The notes beneath the pieces were generated by a model. The model did no database searches. It was not told where the DNA came from and worked only from the letters and a program-made list of their open reading frames with translations. Source: Squalus acanthias (Eukaryota). Taken from it: 60,000 nt of DNA. The stretch is from the NCBI GenBank assembly GCA_030390025.1, contig CM059432.1:103542001-103602000 (forward strand). Direction: 5' to 3'. Position 1 is the stretch's first letter; the number at the start of each line of letters is the position of its first letter. Of this stretch, positions 51,266-60,000 are shown piece after piece. The position numbers and the translations under genes were made by a program.

Positions 51266-54200
51266 TCCCCCCCCCACCACCACCGTGACCTAAGAAGTAT
51301 GGAAAAGAGTGGAGAAAGGAGGTGGAGGGAAAGAGGAGGAGGAAAAAGCAAAGAAGGAGGAGGAGCAGGTAAAACGAAGGGGAAGGGTAGAGGGGAAATG
51401 GGAGGACCCTTGTCGCTACAATAGGAAAACTAAATACAAAGGGCTCCTCCTGGCAGTACCGCTCCACAAAAGCTGGAAGAAAAAAAACAAAACCTTCAGA
51501 CATCACCACCCACCCCAGCCCCGCTCTACAGCAGCCATGATTTTAAAAATTAACAAGGCTTCCCCCACTCTGCAGCAGCTAGAATTTAAAAAAATTAACA
51601 AAGCCTTTTGACCCTACCCTCCCATGACCCCCACCCCACAGACGAATGGGCTGAAAAAGCAGCTGTCGAGTAGGAAGGGAACACTGCTGAGAAAGAATGG
51701 CCTACAAAGCCAAGGAAGTGGCTGATAGTCATACATAATGGGGGGCGGGGGGGGGGGGGGGGAAGCACTGCTCAGGAGAATGGCTAAGTGACCGATGGGG
51801 TGAGCAATAGGAGCCAAGAGTGGCCTGCAGCCAACAAGGGTGTAGCAGCAGCTGAGAATGGGCTAACCAGTTGAGGCCTACAATGGAGGAGTGGCCAGCA
51901 GCCAAGGGCAGGCTGAACAGTGGACAAGGATAATACTGACAACAAAGTGAATGGGGTAAACAGTGGCAAGTCAGACAATGGACGAGTGAAAGATGTGGCA
52001 CTCGTGTTTTGGAGCGTGCAGGAAGAGGCAGCTTGGCACCCCCATTGCGGGAACGACACTACTCGACAGATACACTACTGGGGTGAAAGAGCACAGAATC
52101 AGTGGAAGAAAATCTGCAGGCAAGAAGTATCTATTAATTTATATTGAATTACAACACAAAAGGTAAATTTTTTGTTTTATAATTGATTTAACATGAAGTA
52201 AGACTTTCTCCCCCCTTCTGACCTCAGTCTCTCCCTGATTAATATACTTTTTAAATTTTATGGAACACAAAAAAAGCTACGGCAGATATTTAATTAATAC
52301 TGTCATTTACCCCAACATCTCACACACGCACTCACACAGTCATCTTGTTTATATTAAAAAAAAATTTTTTTTATCCCAATTAAAAATTAATCATCTTGTT
52401 TTTCAAAATTATATTACCAAAACTACTGGGAAGAAAAGTGCTAGAAGCTTAAGAAAAATATTCAATTGATACAGCTGACTGAATGATACCGATACTTTCT
52501 GGGAAATTACGTACACTGTATATGCTCAGAGCACAAATTTAGCTCAAAGCATCACAGTTCTGGGGAAAAATATCAAGAATAAGTCCAAGCTTTTGGGAAA
52601 AGCTGCATCTTTCAATTAAAAAGTTTAATGAAAATATTAAAAGATATAAGTGACAATTCAATGGATAAATTTAATTTCCTTACTGTGAAATATGTAATTT
52701 TAAACCCTTAGTTTGGTCATTAGAAATTTCAGTTACTAAGAAAAAAAATGGCAGATGAAAAAATTCAAAAAATATTTGAGTGATTACTGGAAATTAGTGC
52801 CCAGTTTCGGCAAGAACAGTGACGAGTTTACATAAGCAAAGCCCATGATAAAAATGGAATCAGGAATTTATGATGGAAAAAACTTGACATAAAAAAAGTG
52901 TGACAAAGACATTGACAGAAGAAAGTTAAGATATGCAGATAGGAAGTGCGTGCAGATTTTTAAGATACGTTATAGATATTACTACATTGACATACATTTT
53001 AGACACACACACTTCTGTCAAATGTCAATTGAATAATAGTCATGTATACACTGTTAATAGTAATTTTTTTCCACAATAAATGTTTCACACTTTGATGACC
53101 ACAGTTCTCCCTTGACTATTCAGTTATGCTATTTGGCATCATCAAAGTATACATTTCACATGATATTAATTTTGTTCTATTCTTTTTATGTTGCTTGTGA
53201 ATTTAGTCTGAACAACCACTACTCCGTAGCACATCTTTTGTTATCTGTATTGGGTGATTGAGAAGACAAACAGTGGGTGCAACCCGTTCCACCCAGAATG
53301 ATGAGATTGAGCTTACAGAATCCAGTAATGAGGTTATGAAAAAATATACGCACAACCCCATTATGCAGCAATAAAGGCAGCTTCAAATGCATATTTGTGG
53401 TCAGTAATTGTTAAGGAACATTTTGCAAATGTCTGGTAAATCAGTTCTTTTTTTTTAAGCTGCCATTCCATGTTGTACTCGTAAGGTTTAGGACACACCT
53501 AACATAACATCATAGGGTTTCATCTGCTGATATTAGTGGCAATTGTACAGGATTCCAATAAGTACATCCTTCTTCAGCTGAAGCACTTTCCTTTATGAAA
53601 AACAGGAGAGGTGCTGAGAGTGGTAGCCAAGCAATGAGAAACTGTGTTGTTTTCATTGGCCCACTCTATCGGACACAGCAGTTGGACAAAACAGTTCTTT
53701 TTCATGAATGATGCTTATAGAGATGATGGTGCTTTCAACATTTAAAGATTTTATTTCACCCCTGCGTGAGGAACTGAAGAGTTGTGCAAGTAACACACAA
53801 CACTTTTTGTTCCTTTGGCAGATCAGGTTATGGTTTCAATTTTTTAATTCTAACAATCCTATAAATCTGATTCCATTAGTGACAGCGAAGAGAAACCAAA
53901 CCTAAAGAAACAGCGCACAAGAAATAGGTTGAGCAACTACCTACAGCACTGCAAAGTTACTGAATCCTTATTTGCATATGAACTTGACTATTAGCAAGTC
54001 ATTTGATTACATATTTAAACGGAATTCACAATGCAGTGTATTTCTTCGCACACACGCAGCTTTTTTCAAAAACCTTACATCATAAATCATCATAACTGTG
54101 GTTCAGAACACTTATCAGGTATTTGAACCAGACTGCATGATATCCAAACATGAGTATCAAGAAGCTTTTTGAAAAAATAAAATTTAAAAATCCTTTAATC

Positions 54201-54568
54201 ATAACCTATCAACAACAACAACAACATTATAATAAATGTTTCTTTATAATCTAGGTGCAAGACAAATTACTTTGAAAGAACTGAATTGTTTCATTTAGGT
54301 GGTTAATAAGAATCAACTGTAAACTTGATAAAAGTAAGCTTAGTTTTACAAGTTTAGCTGTCAGCCTTTCTGTGCTTCAGAGCCTCTGAAGGTCCAAGCA
54401 CTGCAGGACTTACCAAACCAGTAGCAACTGCATTGAATTATTACCAACAGGAGGAGTTGCTGGGTCAGAGTAAACCTCACAGCACCAAACTGTAATTGAC
54501 AATGAAACATAATACACCTTCTATGTTCATAACCATCAGCTGTAGTTCTGCTGGGAAAAATGGTAAAA

Positions 54569-54576
54569 GTGTGTGT

Positions 54577-54607
<31 letters not shown>

Positions 54608-54612
54608 GGGGG
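54569..54612 (+). repeat. (GT)11 followed by G22
   Basis: Read directly. Confidence 0.95.
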
Positions 54613-55649
54613 AAGGAGAAAGAACAGAAATGAACTATATGGAACCTGAGCCAATAATCCATCCGTAATTTGTCATAGAACAGAGTAACACTAAAGCATA
54701 AAAAAAAGATTTGGCAGGAATACAATTCTTGCATACTCTGCCAAATCTTACTTCAAATACTTTTTATACACATTTAGGGCAATGCTCTGCAGATACATCA
54801 GTCAGCTTGACAAAGAATATACTGTCACAACATTTGAAAAAGTGTACATTTTCTTCACAATGACAGATTTAACAATTTGCATAATGTACAGGATTCAGGA
54901 ACTGATGAAGATAATCAATAAAAATGTGACAGTACATTTAAACAACAGTACAGCTCACTAGCTAAGAAAAAGGAACCTTCTTACAATGAGAACAGATTTC
55001 ACAGATACAAGATGAAGGAGAGCACTTTGATAGTTTGATCAGATAGTGCCGTCAAGTACGACCAGAATAAAGCACCAAGCAACTTCCATATTTTTTCTTC
55101 ATGGTGAAATAAAGTAAGTAATTCATGTACTGCTGCACGCTGCATAGTGCAATCAATACCAGATACTGTGCATGGAATAGGTACCAAAGTAGCAAAATGA
55201 TTTAAACCATCTACTTGACACGTCTGGCCCAGCTGTTTGCTTCCTCTCGTTGGATAAGGTAAAGCCTATTTCTTATTTTCAAACCCTTTATACTTTCAAT
55301 TATTGATTTTCTAACAATGTTTGCACACAGTTTGAATTTCATCTTCCATTCATCTGTATGCATTTTAAATGCAGCTTGCATTGTTACATTTCATCCAAAG
55401 AGAACATGTTGCCTCTGCAGTATGTATATTTCATTTATGCTAATATGATGGCTCATACAATCCTTGGAAGCCATATAAAAACACACAAAATAGCAAGGGA
55501 CTTGTTACAGTATAAAGATGAACTTTATATGGTGTCTTCATTCATGAGCGAGTCATAGACAAATCACATTAGGTTACTGTGAGGGACTACTACACAGTAC
55601 TGGAGATTTTGAATGGTCAGTTTCCAAATGTTTCTCTAGAAATTAACCC

Positions 55650-56110
55650 AAGTGCTTTGTTAACCTGCATTGCTACTTTTAATGATTTACGTACTTGTAT
55701 ACCTAGATCTCTTTGCGCCTCTACCCCATTTAGACTCTATTTTCCAAGGAGTAGGTGGCCTCCTTATTCTTCCTACCAAAATGCACCACCTCACACTTGC
55801 GTATCCAAGTACATTAATGTCGTTTTGTATTTTGTCGCAATTTCCTCAGCATTAACTATACCCCCAATTTGGTGTCGTCCGCAAATATTGGTATTGTACT
55901 TCCGACTCCAGAGTCCAAATTTTTTATGTAAATGGTGAACAACAGTGGTCCCAGCACCGATCCCTGTGGAACACCATTTCCCACCTTCTGCCATTCTGAG
56001 TAACAACCTTTAACCCCTACTCTATGTTTTCTGTTTTGTAGCCAGTTTGCTATCCATTCTGCTGCTCGTCTCCTGACTCCACATGTTCTGACCATAGTCA
56101 TGACATTTCT
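55650..56110 (-). mobile_element. CR1-type LINE RT fragment
   Basis: Peptide WIANWLQNRKHRVGVKG..GVPQGSVLGPLLFTIYIKNLD..FADDTKLG. Confidence 0.92.
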
Positions 56111-56421
56111 CAATTAAACCTTCAGCAATGTCATCGCAATAGGAGCTTGCATTTATAAAGCCCCTTGTTACATCCTTAGGACATCTTGAAAGAGCTTCAC
56201 ATACAATGGAATTACTTTTAAAGTAGTCGCTGTTGTTATGCAGGCAAACGTGGAAATCAATTAGCACACAGTAAGATCTCACAAACAGCAAATGAGGTGA
56301 GTGACCAGATATTCTGGGTTTTTTGGTGGTAGTGGCGGCCAGGACACCAAGAGAGCGCCCTGCTCTTTTTCGAAGAGTGCCATGGAATGTATTCACCTGA
56401 ACAGGTAGACTGGTCTCTTCA

Positions 56422-56680
56422 AAACAACAACTTGCATTTATATAGCGCCTTTAATGTAGGAAAATGTCCCAAGGCACTTCTCAGAAGACAATCAGACAAA
56501 AATTTACACCGAGCCAAAGGAGGGGATATTAGGACAGATGACTAAAAGCTTGGTCAAAGCTTTAAGGATGGTCTTAAAGGAGGAGAGAGGTGGAGAGACG
56601 GAGAGGTTTAGGGAGGGAATTCCAGAGCTTAGGGCCTAGATGGATGAAGGCATAGGCACCAATGGTGAGGCGAAGGGACT
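56422..56680 (-). mobile_element. L2-type LINE 3' end
   Basis: aacaacaacttgcatttatatagcgcc tail; homologous to 44768-45040. Confidence 0.85.
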
Positions 56681-56704
56681 GGTTGCACCTCTAACAATAC
56701 ACCA

Positions 56705-57127
56705 TGAGGTACTCTGGTGTTGTGGTTATGTTGCTGGACTATTTATCTGGAGACTTGGACTAATAATCCAGAGAAAGGAGTCCAAATCCCACCGTGGTAG
56801 TTTGACATTTGAATTCACTTTTAATTTTTTTTACATTTGGTAATAAAATTCTGGCATCAGTAAAAATGACCATGAAGCTGTTTCAGTGTCGTAAAAACCC
56901 AATTGGTTTACTAATGTCCTGTCGTCCTTACCCAGTCTGGGCTACATGTGACTCTAGTCCCACACCAACGTGGTTGACTTTTAACTGCCTTCTGAGTTGG
57001 CCTATCAAACCGCTACCAGCGAATCAAGAAGGTCAACTACCACCTCATCAGGGTAACTAGGGATGGGTGATGAATGCCGGCTTTGCCAGCAACACCTACA
57101 TCCCAAGATTGAATACATTTTTTAAAA
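56705..57127 (+). mobile_element. tRNA-headed SINE carrying the 3' tail of the LINE at 7545-8397
   Basis: Head tggtgttgtggttatg..gagtccaaatccc; tail ggtaactagggatgggtgatgaatgccggctttgccagcaacacctacatccca aligns to 8326-8380. Confidence 0.75.
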
Positions 57128-59435
57128 CTCCATGAGCTTGGATTGTGCATTCAAGCGCTAGAGCAGGACTTAAACCCAGAATCTGCAGAAGGAATGATAC
57201 CAACTGAGTCAAACTAACACGTTGCACGAGCATCACGATATTTCACAAATACACAGACAGTCGCTGCTGACCAAAAACTGCATGCCACCCGCTCCCCTGA
57301 CATACAAATAAAAACCATATACAGTACATTATAAAGATACCAGGAAAAGAATTCAAGACTGATCTAATCTCACTCTTTTACTATAGGACGCCATTTAAAC
57401 TGCACAATTAGATTACTGCCTTGTAATCACTCCCAGCTATCCATAATTCTACAATTGATGGATGGTTTGATAAGACTCTCCACAAGTGAAAAAAACAAAG
57501 TAAAAATTGGGCATCTTCGTGATTTACAACTGGGCGACAAGCCAGGTTGCTGTAAAATTCTGAAGTATACTCCCAAGTAACACAAAAAAAATTACAAAGA
57601 GTACTTTTTGGGGCTTTTGCGGCATTCTTACTTCAGGTTGGATTAATGAAAGTGGCACCAGATGGACAGCCATCGGCCCAAACTACTGCTTTTCAAGTAG
57701 AAATTATTTTTTTCACTGTTGTGCAGGTCTGCCCTACGGCCTCAAAACTGGCAAACAAGCCTGCCAGACCCACAAGAAAATACGTTTAAAGAAAAATCTA
57801 GTGCACAAGGCGGAAAGGTCTTTTGCACAGAGAGAAAAATAAATAAGGCATTTGCCCCACACAATTTTTGAAAAATGATACCAACTCACACTGCCGAATC
57901 TTTATTGTTTTTGCTTTGTGACTAACTTCACTCAATTCCAAAGTTGACACCACAGGGAAAAATATTTTTTAAAAGACCACAAGAGTGACACAAATGGATT
58001 AATTGTCAGACCGCACTCACCGTCACACAAAGTGTTGTGCGACCATTTTAAATTCCACCCAAACAATGGCCACAGAAACTGTGTTCTCATTGTTCACAAG
58101 TTAGACAGAGGATATCATGTGTCTTTCCATGTCATACAGCTTTTATTGCCACAGGCAAGGCTGAGTGTACAAACTCAAGAGCAACTAAGTTCTGGTTGAG
58201 TTATATCCAGCTTCACCGGTGCAAACAAAAGCTTGTATTATACAGGGACCATTCAGTACTATATTTGTGACACTTGTAAACCGTGAGGGGACACCACTGA
58301 ATTACTGCGAAATCACTAATACAGAAATAAGGATTTTTCAGTTCCAGACTCCAGGTGTCTTGCAAGGTCTAGAAATCTGCCTTCCACGCACATTAAAGTA
58401 CGAGAAATGGACTGTCGCCAGAGCAGCATCCTATATATTATATAGGAATGAAAAGTACTGAAGCATGAAATATTAGTAAAATCTGAGCAGAGGCTTCTCA
58501 CTAGAACAATCTCCGATGAGCCATGACCTCTGATACAATAGCTCCCTCACAAATAGAAAAATCTTAAAATAGTCTCCGTAACAAACTCTTAATTATATAT
58601 TTTATTGAAAACGAGTCCCCGAGAACACACTGTAGAAAGAATCCACCGTACTTTCCTTTGCAACCATGTTACAAATCACTAATGCCGTCACGCCAGGTAC
58701 ATAAACTAAACATATTTTCTAGACAGTGACTTTTAAATGAAAAAAAAAATCTATATTAAAATCACAATCCTTTGATCCTCTTAGCAAATCCTGTAGTGCA
58801 GTGGTGTTTATTCAGCATTAGCAGAGAAATTAAATTATTGCTACATGTAGTCTATGCTGGACCATGACCTGAGAAAGCATGGTAAATTTTGTACATGCTA
58901 ATAAAAGCAAAAAAAATTAAAAAAATTAAACTCTACACTGGTTAAATGAAAGAATGGTGTCAAAGTACTGCTGTCAAAGTGATGAGAAGACACAATCATG
59001 TCAAAAAGAAAGCCGAGTTCATACTGCTGCTAAACAAAGGGGAAATACAGTATCGATGCTGCTGAAAATTAATACCCTACACAGTGCTGTAAGAGGTGAG
59101 ATAATGAAAACACTTTCTCAAGGGGTTTTTGTACTTAACAGGTTACAATACCTGCTGGGAACCATGACACAGCAAACAAACATATGTGGCTGGCTCAGGT
59201 TGCCTACCTCTTCAAAAATAATTTCATCTCAAAATCCAAGTTGTATGACCAGATCTTATTAATATCAAAGCAACGTTCACCCCAGGGGCAATGTGTATAA
59301 TGTGCACCTTATATGTAATTCTCCATGTTACATTGCAACATATTACTTGGCTAGATCCCAAATAGTACATTATATCAAGAGTCTGCTGTATTTCGGCAGA
59401 AGTTCAAATGTTTCGTTGTAATGGTACAGTATTAT

Positions 59436-59780
59436 AGAATCACAACACAGAAGGAGGCCATTCGGCCCATTGTGCCTGTACCTGCTCTCTGAAAGAGCTA
59501 TCAATTAGTCCCACTCCCCTGCTCTTTCCCCATAGCCCTGCAATTTTTTGCTTTAGAAGTACATCTCCAATTCCTTTTTGAAAGTTACTATTGAATCTGC
59601 TTCCACCACCACCCTTTCAGGCAGTGCATTCTAGATCATAACTTGCTGATTAAAAAAAAATATTCTCATCTTCCTCCCCCCCCCCCCCCCGGTCTGGCTT
59701 TTTTGTCAATTATCTTAAATCAGTGTCCTCTGGTTAATGACCCTCCTGCCAGTGGGAACAGTTTCTCCCTATTTACTTTA
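59436..59780 (-). mobile_element. CR1-type LINE 3' end
   Basis: acacagaaggaggccattcggccc..accctttcaggcagtgcatt..gggaacagtttctc, homologous to 33803-34146. Confidence 0.88.
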
Positions 59781-60000
59781 TTGAAAATGATTATATTTTT
59801 AAAATGTAAGTGATGGCATCATTTTAGTTCAATTGAAGTTAGAAATTCTAAATGGTAGCATCATGTTAGATCGATCAGTCAGCAGAGATTGTTCAACAAT
59901 CTCTGCCATCTCCAATGCGACATTTCAACATCTGCACATTTGTTATCCATCACATAAGCGTCCAAATAAACTTCCAAGTAAGAGAAATAGATCGATAAAC

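Larger units (their letters stand above)
56143..57220 (-). mobile_element. SacSINE1-like SINE split into 56143-56420 (3' part) and 57130-57220 (5' head)
   Basis: Both parts are collinear with the copy at 29306-30158. Confidence 0.65.

Overview
Eukaryotic, repeat-rich, apparently non-coding (intronic or intergenic) DNA. The repeat families (HE1/V-SINE, SacSINE1/DeuSINE-like SINEs, HER1/CR1 and L2 LINE ends, Neptune-type Penelope elements) point to a cartilaginous fish, probably a shark; this is inferred from family recognition, not from a database search. No host protein-coding exon, rRNA, true tRNA or CRISPR could be recognised, and there is a 500-N gap at 3990-4489. Every recognisable ORF is a transposon remnant: a Penelope GIY-YIG endonuclease, a Buster/Charlie hAT transposase pseudogene, and CR1, L2 and Vingi/Ingi ORF C-termini. 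The most striking structure is a set of four fold-back (palindromic) Penelope-derived insertions (1-1142, 31761-31966, 40565-41026, 48480-48697). They have element 3' ends facing outward and minimal hammerhead-ribozyme sequence in the arms. The three complete copies have a fixed ~30-nt arm asymmetry, and two have exact 16-bp target-site duplications. Also notable are a short bipartite Vingi/Ingi-like element with a structured, possibly ribozyme-related 5' end, three SINE/LINE tail partnerships, and nested insertion stacks. Repeat boundaries were read by eye and are approximate unless exact motifs are quoted.
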